Source: a virus | Length of the DNA stretch: 64,000 nucleotides | Virus record (IMG/VR): IMGVR_UViG_3300031964_000019 | Span: 3,140 to 67,139 of that record | Strand: one strand, 5' to 3' | Part shown: positions 1 through 9,688 of the stretch, in pieces | Position numbering within the stretch: the first letter of the stretch is position 1 | Layout: each line of letters begins with the position of its first letter | Notes under the pieces: model-generated | Seen by the model: only the letters and a program-made list of their open reading frames with translations | Told to the model about the DNA's origin: nothing | The model's database searches: none | Position numbers and translations under genes: made by a program

Positions 1-175
1 GCTTGCGGAGGGTTTCGGCAGTCTTCCGAAACAGCTCCTGCATCTCGTGTGTACGGTCGCGGTAATTCTGAATCGACGTGCACATATCGGTCTGCTCCGT
101 TGAGCATCCCATCGTTTCTTCGTTTTGGCGGACGAGTCGATAGCCCTGCCAATCGAGCTTGGTTCGAAGGATCAT

Positions 176-1350
176 TCATTTCTCCTGTTGATTACATGTT
201 GCGCTGACGGCGAAGTCTCCGTCCGAGAGACCGTGCTCCGCCAACATTCTCTGGTCTCGGCGTTCCTCGAAATGTCCGTCGAGATATGCTTCGAGCAGTA
301 TCGAGGTCACGCGCATTGCTGTACGCTCCCGCCAGCACCGGAATAGGGCGCGGGTTCCAGAGCCGGCCCTAACAGCCCATCTCAGGCCGTCGCGTTCCCA
401 ACGATATCGTTCTTTCTGAATCACGGTGCGTACCTCATCGCGTGGGACATGGCGCTGATACCGCAGCGTGTGCAAACGGTCGTGCCGCCGCGCCCGTCTT
501 CGAACTCCTGCCAACCCTGAAAGTCGTGGGAGCGCGGATCGTCGAAAGGCTCACATGTGCCTTTCGTCTGCTCTGGAGGGCAGCGAAATATCGTTACGTC
601 ATCCATTGACCTGTCGCCTTTCATTGAGATAGCGCTGAGCCGCTTCGAGTCGATACCATTCCTGGCAGTTGAATGTGCAGAACGGACGATACCGCTCGAA
701 GTTGCCTCGCGCCATCTTTCCTCGGGGGCGCTTCCCGCAGCGCTTGCAGCGCGTGAGATCGATTGAAACTTGCCTCATGTGAAAGCGCTCCAGCCTTCAG
801 CAGGGTTGTAGTCCTCGGGCTTTTCAAACCCACATTCAGGCTGAAACCAGCCGAGACCCACGAGCGCTAGAACCTCGTGCGGCTCCAAAGGCGTCTCGGT
901 CGCATAAACGTAGAACTGATCATGCTCCGAACCTATGTGGTATCCCTCGCCGCCGTCTTTGAAGTGAGTCTTCAGGATCTCCAGCCCGGCGATGAAATCG
1001 TTGAGTTTCATTTCGTTACACTCGTAGGTGATGACGCACTACACGGTGAGCTTTTCGAATTTCTCGACGGCAGCCAGAGCTTCCTCGGGCGTACCGAAGA
1101 GAATGACTTGGTCTGCCAGCTTTCGGGCTTCTCGCACCTTCGTGCGAATTTTGTCTGCCTTGGTATGCTGAGCGGTGTGCCACGCGCCGATGCGCTTCTC
1201 CAGTGCCTTCAGTTCCGCGGGCATGCGCTCGGTATCAACGTCACGCTTGTCGCGTGCGGCCTGCTCGAGGCGCCCCTGGAGATAGCGGCGCTGGATCTGG
1301 TTGACCTTGGGGCGCGATGGTGGAAGTTGTTCTTTAATTCTTGCGTTCAT
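176..1350 (-). other. Cluster of small hypothetical early genes (approx. 176-424, 421-606, 599-778, 775-1011, 1039-1350)
   Basis: Tightly packed minus-strand ORFs, several with ATGA/GTGA stop-start overlaps; no recognisable family. Confidence 0.7.
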
Positions 1351-2177
1351 TTTGCATACCTGTCAGTTGTAGGTTCGGAGGATGTATCAGCAGTGCTTGT
1401 AGGCTTCGATGAACGCCGCCGCTTGCTGGGCAACGAGGCCATTGCCGTAACCCCGCAGGCGTCCCACACGGGCGGGAGCCCCATGAGCCAGCGGGAATGA
1501 GCCGGGTTCAACTGGCCGGTATTTGTCGTCTCGGCAGTAGAGCCAGTCGCAGTCGCTCCAGAAGCTAGCGCCACTGTCTTGCGGGAGCTGTCGTTGTTGC
1601 CAGCCTCGTTGTAACCCTTCTGCGCAGGCGTTCCCGCCATCGGCGTTGGCCAGCCGGCGAGCTTCGCTACTCCCCCCAGCTTCAAGCACGGCTTCGAGTG
1701 GTCGCCCCTCGAGTACGCATAATCGCTGCCCTTCGAGTCGTTGACTACTGGACTCGGCCACCCAGTAGAGTCGTTGGCGGATGTGCGGCGCACCGAACCC
1801 CGCAGCGCATAGATCGAACGGCGCGAAGGCGTGATCCGTTGCTTCCAGGTCAGTTTGAACAAGGTCGAGCCACTTGAGGCCGTCCGGGCTCGCAACCTGT
1901 TCACCAAAGACCACTGCAGGACGTCGCTCCTCGATGAGATGGAACCAGGCTGGCCATAGGTGCCGCTCATCATCGAACCCGCCGCCTTTGCCTGCCGCGC
2001 TGAAAGGTTGGCATGGGCACGAGCCCGTCCAGACAGGCTCGGTATCGCTCCAGCCGGCAAGTCGGAGCGCGTAACTCCAGACGCCGATGCCGGCGAAGAA
2101 GTGGCACTGCGTGAATCCGTCGAGCTCGGCAGGTCGAACATCTCTAATGTCGCGTTCATCCACATCCCCGGGCGCAA
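1347..2177 (-). CDS. Overlapping alternative-frame methyltransferase beta-like polypeptide (true start uncertain)
   Basis: 276-codon ORF almost wholly overlapping the MTase gene in another frame, with WPSP/WPTP repeats and QLNPAHSRWLMGLPPVW (motif IX-like). Confidence 0.75.
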   Translation of the reverse strand: MRPGMWMNATLEMFDLPSSTDSRSATSSPASASGVTRSDLPAGAIPSLSGRARAHANLSARQAKAAGSMMSGTYGQPGSISSRSDVLQWSLVNRLRARTASSGSTLFKLTWKQRITPSRRSIYALRGSVRRTSANDSTGWPSPVVNDSKGSDYAYSRGDHSKPCLKLGGVAKLAGWPTPMAGTPAQKGYNEAGNNDSSRKTVALASGATATGSTAETTNTGQLNPAHSRWLMGLPPVWDACGVTAMASLPSKRRRSSKPTSTADTSSEPTTDRYAK

Positions 2178-2250
2178 TGGCCCCGACTTTGATCAGCTCG
2201 CGCAACCACGCCGCGGCTTTCGGATCGATCTCGTTGTAATAAGCGGTCAT
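1387..2250 (-). CDS. C5 cytosine DNA methyltransferase, alpha-like polypeptide
   Basis: Motif I FFAGIG, IV GSCPCQPFS, VI EQV, VIII PHIRQRLYW and X LRGYGNGL are present; motif IX is not seen in this frame. Likely start MTAYYNEIDP at 2250. Confidence 0.9.
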   Translation of the reverse strand: MTAYYNEIDPKAAAWLRELIKVGAIAPGDVDERDIRDVRPAELDGFTQCHFFAGIGVWSYALRLAGWSDTEPVWTGSCPCQPFSAAGKGGGFDDERHLWPAWFHLIEERRPAVVFGEQVASPDGLKWLDLVQTDLEATDHAFAPFDLCAAGFGAPHIRQRLYWVAESSSQRLEGQRLCVLEGRPLEAVLEAGGSSEARRLANADGGNACAEGLQRGWQQRQLPQDSGASFWSDCDWLYCRDDKYRPVEPGSFPLAHGAPARVGRLRGYGNGLVAQQAAAFIEAYKHC

Positions 2251-2266
2251 ATGGAAGAATGTTGCA

Positions 2267-5200
2267 TTACGTCGGGCTCTCTTTGTCGGATGAGCCTTTC
2301 GCGGCATTCGTTCGTCGCGCCCAGTTGATGAAGGTCTGAACCCTGCAGCAGAAGTGCTCGTTGCCGCCCTTGCTGTAGCGAATGATGCCGTCGATCTCCC
2401 CTAGTACCCAGCGCGGCAGCCTGCGAAAGCGAGCGTTCGGGATCTGCTCAGGGATATACCAACCTTCTGGGATCGTGGTGCTCATGGTTCGCCGCTCCGA
2501 GATATCTCGTGCTCCAGGTTGCGGACCTCGTCCTCAAGGAACGCGATCCGTTCTTCCTGCTTTTTCAGGTAGTGCAGGGCTACCGCAGCGCTCTTCCTGC
2601 CCTTCCACAAGCCGCCGTCCTGCTGCATTGGCAGGAACTCGACTGATAGATAGGTGGCGAGGCGCTCCATGTCGGGATCGATGTCTGTCATGGTTTACTC
2701 ACGGGAGTGCTGTAGAGCGCGTAATGTCGCCGCTGCGACCATCTCTTTGAGCTGCCGCTTGCGCGCCTCCTGCCGCATCTCCCAGCCGATCAACCATTCG
2801 TAATACGTCATGGTTTGCCCTCGGGTAAGCCGAGTAGCGTTTTAATCGATGCTCCGCTGCGAGTGTGTATCTGCATGAGGGTCTCCATGTCGCAGCCCTT
2901 GCCGTTCTCGATGCGGTGGAGGGTTGCTTGGTTGAGTCCGAGTTCCCGTGCGTGCTCGCGCAGGCCCATGCCACGCAACTCGCGCATGAGCTTCATGACG
3001 GTTGCGAGATGCATCGCCCAAGGTTTACCGGCTGCACTCATAGCTCCGACTCGCTCACTGGTGACTCTTCGTAGTGTTCAAAGCATGCAACTGAGCAGAA
3101 GCCGACCGGCAGAACGAAGCCCTGACACCCACAGTCGATGCCATTGCAGCAGACGTAGGGCTGTCCCCTGAAAGTCGGGATGGGCAACTCGCCGTCGCAT
3201 CCTTTGCATTTTTGATCGCGCCAGTGCGTCATACGTCACGTGTCCCGTTCTCGGATGAGCGTGCATCCCGCACGGCGGCGCGGTAACCCGCTCGCCACCC
3301 TTCCATGTATGCCTTAGCCCGGTCATCGCCTTGGATATAGCCGGTTAGTCCGAAGTTGTTCATCCAACGGGCAGCAGCGTGCCACGCGCGCGCCTGAATC
3401 GATCGTTTAGATTTCATTCCGGTTCCACCGGTGAGCGTAGGATTTCCTTCGCGCGGTCGTATACCGATTGAAACAGCGGGTCAACTGCACCGCATGACAC
3501 TGACGCGTTCATCTCATTACGGATGAAGCGCAACTGCTCAGGAGTGAATTGAGGTGGCGTCGTCTCGTGAGCGGAGCTTTCGTGTTCGAGATGTTCGATT
3601 GTGTCCACGGCCTCGCGCAACGCATTCCAGAGGGCAGCGGTCGCGCGACCATTCGTGTCACTGGCATACATCGCCAGCACTTTCAGTAAGCTTGCCGTCT
3701 TTGAGGTCGGCATTTATTTGGGCTCCAACTGGTGCGTGAGCGGGCCGATGTCCTGCAGGATGTCGAGAGAGCGTCGGGAGCCGCCGATGTCTTCGGCTTC
3801 GAGATCCACCGCGACGCAAAGCTCCGTCGCCAGAACCCGTAACCGCTCCAACTGCGCATTGCGGTCCCGTAGGTAGATGATTTCGGCCGCTGTGGCGTAT
3901 GGATCATCGCCGATAGAATCCTCGAGACTGCACGCGCGAGCCCGTTGCTCGAAGTCGAGTTTGTGTTCCTTGGTCATAGAAGCCCCTTGTCGCGGCAGTA
4001 GTCAGTCCAGGCGCTGAGAACAGTGTGGGCAACGTCAACGTCTGAGCCATCGGCATCCTTTTCGCTATAGCCTTCCACCCGGGCTATCTCGTCGCGACAC
4101 CAGTCGCGTTCGGCCTGCGTCATCTGCCGGTATTCGCCCGCGATGATTGCTCGGAGCGCGCGCTCCTCTCTCGCGCAGGCGCATCCTTCAGCTTCTGGCC
4201 CCTGACAGCACGGAGCCGAGTCCCGAAATAACTGTTGTTCCGATGTGACCGGAGCTTTCAACATGGCTTCCTCCCTTCGATCTGGCATCTAACCCAGTAG
4301 TGGATGCATCCCCAATGGCCATACGCGTGGCAGCCGTACAGTTTCCAAGCCACCGCGTGCCAATGGAAGAACGCGAAGCCTTCGCCGCGCCGATCTGCAG
4401 TCGGGTTACTCATTTCGCCAACTCCTTCAGCAGATAATCCGCAGCCTGCACGGCGTACTTCGCGGCTTCATCGCCCTCGTTGGGCATCGTGTAGCCATGA
4501 GCGAAGATGCCTTGCATCGCCGCCATGGCGAATCGCTCGCGCTTGGTGAGACCCTTAGAAATTAGGCGCGAGTCGCCGCTTACTCCTGTTTCCCCGGCGC
4601 CAGCGGGAAGATGGCCATTTTTCCGGGCACGCTCTGCGACATCCTCTTCGGTCCGGTGAGTGTCAGTCATTCGTCGATCTCCTCGAATTCGATTCGACCC
4701 TTGTTGGAGCGCGCATACTCGTATTCCTGCTCAGTCAGATCCCACGTCCAATATTTCTTCTCACGTTCGGACCTGAGAATTGCTACCCGCGCTTGCTCTC
4801 GGGCCGTCTTCGACGGGAAGCGCTTCGTGTGCGTCCACTCCTGCGCAGACCATTGGCGAATCCGGAGCACGTAGGCACGCGGCTTTTTGTGAGGCGGCAC
4901 CTTGGGCGGCTCCGGTACTACCTTGCGTGCATCACGCGGCCGTGTTGCACCGAAACGCTTAGCCTCTTTGCCTACGTCGACGCGCCTCATATGCTCCGGT
5001 CCTCAGTGGTCGGCATATCAAAACCCCTCGAAGTCGCGTAGAGCCTCGAATTGCGCCAGCGTCATCCATGTATCGGACGCCGTCAGGTCTGGATCGTCCT
5101 TCTGCATCTCGGCCGCCTCGTGTGGCTCAACTACGCACTTCGGGCCCTCGCCATTCAGTTGGAGCGCCACATATCGGCGCTTCGCGCGCGCCTGGTGCTT

Positions 5201-5979
5201 CTGTTCGGCGAGCTGTTCCGATGACGGATGACTAGAAGTCACGACGATCCTCCTCCCAAAACTCGAAATGGGTTTGCGCACACGCTGAGCAGGTGCAGGG
5301 CTCGAAAAGCGCTCGCAACACGCGCCACCTGAAGTACGCGAAGCCTTCGCCAATTGTCTTTGCAGGCGCGTTACTCATGATCGATCCCAGAAGAGTTGCA
5401 GAGCGTTCACCTGGGCCTCGGTAAGCGGCAGAGCCACAGTATCCTGCTCGCCGTTCTCGAATACCTTGCTGACGTTGACTTCGAACTTTCGGCCGCAGCG
5501 GGTTATCTGAATAGCCACGTCTTGCCACCCCGTCGCAAAGGTCCGCCGGTCTGCAGTCACGTTGCATCCTTAGGGATGGGCGGCCACTGGCGGCTGCCGT
5601 CATCCAACCGACGATACTTGTCGCCCCAGACCACGAACGCCGGCACACCCAGGTGTATCGCGTCCCATGTGACATGAGCACCATCGCGGAAGGGGGTGTC
5701 GAGCTTGCCCCAACGATCCGGAGTTCCATCGCGGTCTGTGCGCGTACCGCCAAGGCTCGCCGCGAGAAAGCCCCACTTGTTGCCGTTCCGAATATCGTGG
5801 GTCGGCAGCGGGATCAGCAGCTCGTACTTGATGAGCCACGTGTAGCCGTCGTCATCCCGCTCGGGCAGTTTCTCCCACGTCAGTTGCAAGCGCGGGAGGG
5901 GTAGGCCGAGTTCAGCCCATCTAGGTTTCTCGGGCAACTTTTCAACGTCATCATCTTCGGTCGGGTGATCATTTGCCAC
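2267..5979 (-). other. Cluster of ~14 small hypothetical early genes
   Basis: Chain of 40-140 aa minus-strand ORFs with 1-4 nt overlaps (e.g. 2482/2485, 3038/3041, 3229/3232, 3414/3417, 3974/3977, 4667/4670, 5557/5560). Confidence 0.7.
2808..3041 (-). CDS. XRE-family helix-turn-helix protein
   Basis: LREHARELGLNQATLHRIENG is a Cro/C1-type HTH. Confidence 0.75.
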   Translation of the reverse strand: MSAAGKPWAMHLATVMKLMRELRGMGLREHARELGLNQATLHRIENGKGCDMETLMQIHTRSGASIKTLLGLPEGKP

Positions 5980-6664
5980 GGAACAGCCTCCACGTCTCAG
6001 GGAATGCGCGTTGGATGCACTGGCCCACTGCCTCGGCGTACTGCCTGATTTCCCACTGCGCGTTCGGCGCCATGCGCAAGGTGAGAAAGGCCAGCCAGTT
6101 ACGCAGGTTGGCCGATGCACGCATGCGGCTGTAGTGACCCACCGGCATCGTGATACGAGCCAGCTCCTTCGGTACGCCGGCCGCCAGCGCCTGCTTGTAC
6201 AAAAGCTCGGCTTCTGCGTAAAAGTCTGAGACCTCCGCATACCATTCAGACGCGGCAGTCTCATCGAAAGGTGCTACGCCGGATGCTTGCTTGTTCTGCG
6301 CGGCCGCCACACCGCGCTCCGCCAGGTTTTGGAATGACGGCAGGTAGTGCAGATCGGGCAGTGGCGTATAGCGAGCCGACATTTCGTTATACGACTGTGT
6401 CCGGTGACGGTGCCACTCGCGGAAGACAAAGATTGGCGCCTGAACTTCAACCACCAGGCCGGCGAACTCGAACGGCGTCGCATGCCCGTTGTCGTGTAGG
6501 AACTTGAGCAGCTTGTGATCGTCGCCCCAGCCCCGAAAGCTGCCCTGAGTGGATTGGCGGGCGGCCTCAATGATGCCAACCTCGAAGTCGGTCGTGCCGT
6601 CACGGCCCATCCCCCACGCCTCGATATACTCGACGTAGCCGTGGTCAAGAACGTCAATCTTCAA
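5969..6664 (-). CDS. thyX: FAD-dependent thymidylate synthase
   Basis: ThyX motif WHRHRTQSYNEMSARY, plus HATPFEFA and AQWEIRQYA. Confidence 0.95.
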   Translation of the reverse strand: MKIDVLDHGYVEYIEAWGMGRDGTTDFEVGIIEAARQSTQGSFRGWGDDHKLLKFLHDNGHATPFEFAGLVVEVQAPIFVFREWHRHRTQSYNEMSARYTPLPDLHYLPSFQNLAERGVAAAQNKQASGVAPFDETAASEWYAEVSDFYAEAELLYKQALAAGVPKELARITMPVGHYSRMRASANLRNWLAFLTLRMAPNAQWEIRQYAEAVGQCIQRAFPETWRLFRGK

Positions 6665-6926
6665 GCGCTTTCTCCAGATTGGTGATTTCGCGGTCCAGAT
6701 ACCAGCGAGCCTTTTTCAGATCCTGAATTCGGGTTCCGAATGTCGGAGGGCCTTTCTTGCCGGCTCGCGAGATGTACTTAACGCTGTTGCCCAGACAGAA
6801 CCCGAGTTCCCACGCCTCGATCACCTTGATCGCTTCGTATGGGTTGTCCGCTCCGCCGTAATGGGCGGGGTGGTTCACCTGTTCAGTGGTCGGGTGACTG
6901 GGGGCGTTGGAATGCTCACCGTTCAT
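6654..6926 (-). CDS. DUF3310-family phage protein
   Basis: VNHPAHY...FCLGNSVKYISRAGKKG...QDLKKARWYL signature. Confidence 0.85.
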   Translation of the reverse strand: MNGEHSNAPSHPTTEQVNHPAHYGGADNPYEAIKVIEAWELGFCLGNSVKYISRAGKKGPPTFGTRIQDLKKARWYLDREITNLEKALED

Positions 6927-7561
6927 CGGTAGAAACTCCCGTCTATGGACATGCGGTTCGGCGTCATGTATTCACGCTGGTATCGCGCGTAAATGTCTTG
7001 AGGCGAGTAAATCCCGCGCTGGCGGCAGTACTCGACGAACTGCGGATCGACGTTGCGGAGCATTTGTTGCTCCTCATATTGCTGGCGATCCTGCTGGCCC
7101 TTATTCGCCTCAGCGAGGATCTGAGCCATCTCGCGAGCCTCTTTCAGGCGCTCGTTGCGTTCCTTGTCCTTTTCCTTCTTCGCGGCATCACGCTCGGCCT
7201 GACGGGCCACGATGTCATCGCACGTCAACTGTCGGGGCTTAGGCGCCTCACGCTGGATACGATCGCGGAGCCAGCCCTGCAGCCGTCTCGTGCTGCTCAT
7301 GCCGATATCAGCCGGCGGCGGTGGCGATTCATCCGGGGGCGACGCAAAGGCCGCCACGCCGCCCTTATGCATCTTCCGGGCAACGCCGTTGAGTTCCTTG
7401 AGTTCATCCTTGCTCAGTCCATCCAGCGGCTTCTGGAGGAGATCCAGGGCCATCTTGCGAAGCCCGCTCACCACCTCGTCGCCGCCTTTCCATTCAAAGC
7501 AAAGCGGGCAGGGCGGGCGGCCGCAGAAATCGAGGGGCTGAGGGCAGACTGCGATCCACAT
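6923..7561 (-). CDS. Hypothetical charged helical protein
   Basis: ORF packed between 7564-7791 and DUF3310; start chosen at the ATG right after the upstream stop. Confidence 0.55.
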   Translation of the reverse strand: MWIAVCPQPLDFCGRPPCPLCFEWKGGDEVVSGLRKMALDLLQKPLDGLSKDELKELNGVARKMHKGGVAAFASPPDESPPPPADIGMSSTRRLQGWLRDRIQREAPKPRQLTCDDIVARQAERDAAKKEKDKERNERLKEAREMAQILAEANKGQQDRQQYEEQQMLRNVDPQFVEYCRQRGIYSPQDIYARYQREYMTPNRMSIDGSFYR

Positions 7562-7828
7562 GGCTAGATCTTTGTGGCGGCGTGCGCCAGTCCAGAGCTG
7601 ATGATGTGAACCACGCGCTCCACCAAGGCCGGATCGATCGGGGCGTCGGCAACCAGCTCGCGCTCCATCTTTTTCCAATCCCCCGAGTGGACGAAATACT
7701 GCTCAAGCAGAAGCGCGCTGGCCGCGAACTTGCCGGTAAGAACTCGCTCAACGTTCGTCCATCGCTCAATCAGGTCATTCGACTCAATCACGGCTATTCC
7801 CTCGGAAAATGGATGAATGGCTAAAGGG

Positions 7829-8329
7829 TCAAATTTTTATTCTGCGGACGGCACGAGCCCGGAGCCCGTAGCCCTTGCTCCAGTAGTACTGGCAGCCGTA
7901 GAAGAAGCGCTGGCTCCAGGCATAGTCGCTGTCGGACGCGTGCTGCTCACACGACCAATAGCTCTCCGGCTTAAATAACTCCGGCACGTTCGCGAAACAC
8001 AGAGCTTGTTCTTTCCGGTAGGGAAGGCCGTAATCGGTGAAGCCGTGCTCCCTGAGTCCGGCTGCCCACATGAGCGATGTGTTCCAATCAGCCGTGCCGT
8101 CGTACTCAGGACCAACAATCAGATAAGTGTCCCGATCGCCATCCCGCCCGCGAGCGATTCCGGCATAAACGCCGCCCTGACTGGCCCAGACTTCCCCAAT
8201 GCGGGGCGGGAGCGAAGTAGCGAAATAGAGCGGAGATCTATCGACTTTCTCCGACAGGCGCTCCACGAGCAAGCGCCGGATCTCATCGTCCGCTACCGAG
8301 ACGGTGATGCCGTTTTTTTCGAATTCCAT
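7829..8329 (-). CDS. DUF1566 (Lcl C-terminal, C-type-lectin-fold) protein
   Basis: PRIGEVW..QGGVYAG, LPYRKEQALCFAN, YWS...YAW...F..G.Q...K...LRARAVRR. Confidence 0.8.
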   Translation of the reverse strand: MEFEKNGITVSVADDEIRRLLVERLSEKVDRSPLYFATSLPPRIGEVWASQGGVYAGIARGRDGDRDTYLIVGPEYDGTADWNTSLMWAAGLREHGFTDYGLPYRKEQALCFANVPELFKPESYWSCEQHASDSDYAWSQRFFYGCQYYWSKGYGLRARAVRRIKI

Positions 8330-8578
8330 TGGTGCCTCTAGATGTAGGGTGCGTTCAGAAGTTGAAATGCGAGATAGCGGGCGTGTTCGGCGGAGACCTC
8401 CGCGCCAGCCTTCTCGAAGTGTTTGGCGCTCGCTTGGAGTACGCCGTAAATTTCCGCGAGGACGTCAGCGGGCAATAGATACCCGCTGATCTCGTCTTCA
8501 AGCTGACATCCTTGTCGCATTGCCACTCCGTGGTTGTGTTAGAGCGCTTGGACGCGCTCAGAGAATCGGATTGAGCTT

Positions 8579-9415
8579 TCATCGCTGCAGCCTTAGCGTC
8601 GGCCTACGGACTGGCTGAATGCGATCGGTCAGTAAGGCTGGCTGCGCGAGTTGCTCGGCAATCGTGCGAGGCGCGCGCTTCCTCACCGGTGGCACGTCCA
8701 CGTGCTTCCATGTCCTGCCCGATCTCGCAGCCGACACCGTGGCAAACGCGCATCCCAACTTCGACGCCCACTGCTCTAACGTGACGTCCGGCTTCGACCT
8801 GATCTCGCGCACTTGGTCTGCAGTAAGCCGAACGAGTTCGACAAACTTCGTCCCATGGAGGATGCGGTCAGCCTGATTCCCTTGTCGGGTATCCCAGCGA
8901 AGGTTGTCTTCGCGACAATTTTCCGGATTGCCATCGTTGTGGCAGCCCTCGTGATCCGGGCTAGGGGCAGGTCCAACGAACGCCTCGAGTACCATTCGAT
9001 GTAGAACGCCGTGGGCGCGGCGCTCTCCGTCGCGGAGCTTTAGAACGCGATATCCGCCTTGAACGCGCATGCCGATGGCGAGGCGTCCAGTCTGATGGAG
9101 TGAGTAGAGACGACCCAGATTCGATACCCGATAGAACCGCTCCCAGCGGACTACGGGCCGCCATTCCTCGCCGGGGAGCGAGATCGCTTGCAGGTCGACG
9201 ACGGCCGGCTGCCCGTCGCGCTTACTACCGGTATCGAATCGCGGCCGGCGGTCGGGACTATGAGGAGGAGTCGCCAGGTCTTTGTGGGTGCGCCCGATCC
9301 TGGCGCGCATCACCGTGCTTCGATTCACGCCGAAAGCTTCGGCCCAATGCTCGTCCGATAGGTTCGACAGGCGAACGCTGGTAGCCTGCTCGGCGGTGAG
9401 GGCGCGGCCGTTCAC
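8579..9415 (-). CDS. NUMOD4-HNH homing endonuclease flanked by two HTH-like domains
   Basis: EEWRPVV...YRVSNLGR (NUMOD4); HRMVLEAF...CHNDGNPENCREDNLRW (HNH). SD GGAG upstream of GTG 9415. Confidence 0.85.
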   Translation of the reverse strand: MNGRALTAEQATSVRLSNLSDEHWAEAFGVNRSTVMRARIGRTHKDLATPPHSPDRRPRFDTGSKRDGQPAVVDLQAISLPGEEWRPVVRWERFYRVSNLGRLYSLHQTGRLAIGMRVQGGYRVLKLRDGERRAHGVLHRMVLEAFVGPAPSPDHEGCHNDGNPENCREDNLRWDTRQGNQADRILHGTKFVELVRLTADQVREIRSKPDVTLEQWASKLGCAFATVSAARSGRTWKHVDVPPVRKRAPRTIAEQLAQPALLTDRIQPVRRPTLRLQR

Positions 9416-9431
9416 GGCTTGCGCTCCAGAT

Positions 9432-9688
9432 GTGCAATCTCGTGTGTGGCTCCCCGTTCGGCAGCCGCGCCGCGCGTAGCAGAATTCCCCACTTTTGCTG
9501 GCGGGGAGAGGGAAAATAGGCCGGGTGTGGCTCCCACCCTCTCCGCCATTACGCTTACTGTACTGCGCGTCCTACGCGCAAACAAGCGCAATGTGCCAAT
9601 TTCTGCGCGAATGTGAGTTCCCGTGGTGCAATCTCGCGCAGCCGCGCGTAACGTCCTGTCCCCGCACATCCGGGGGAAATTACGCGCA
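9432..9688. repeat. attP arm-type repeats
   Basis: GTGCAATCTCG at 9432 and 9626; GTGTGGCTCCC at 9444 and 9525; YGCGCGTA at 9471 and 9643 (direct) and at 9573 and 9681 (inverted). Confidence 0.6.
9532..9548 (+). other. attP core, identical in form to a tRNA-Ser 3' end (TCCCACCCTCTCCGCCA)
   Basis: Acceptor-stem 3' strand CTCTCC, discriminator G and CCA, 140 nt upstream of a P4-like integrase; no 5' half of a tRNA is present. Confidence 0.75.

Noticed and set aside
7560-8600. Complete diversity-generating retroelement
   Set aside because: No reverse transcriptase, Avd or template repeat was seen in the window.
9499-9548. Complete tRNA gene
   Set aside because: Only the 3' 17 nt are tRNA-like; there are no D, anticodon or T arms. 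Treated as the attP core.
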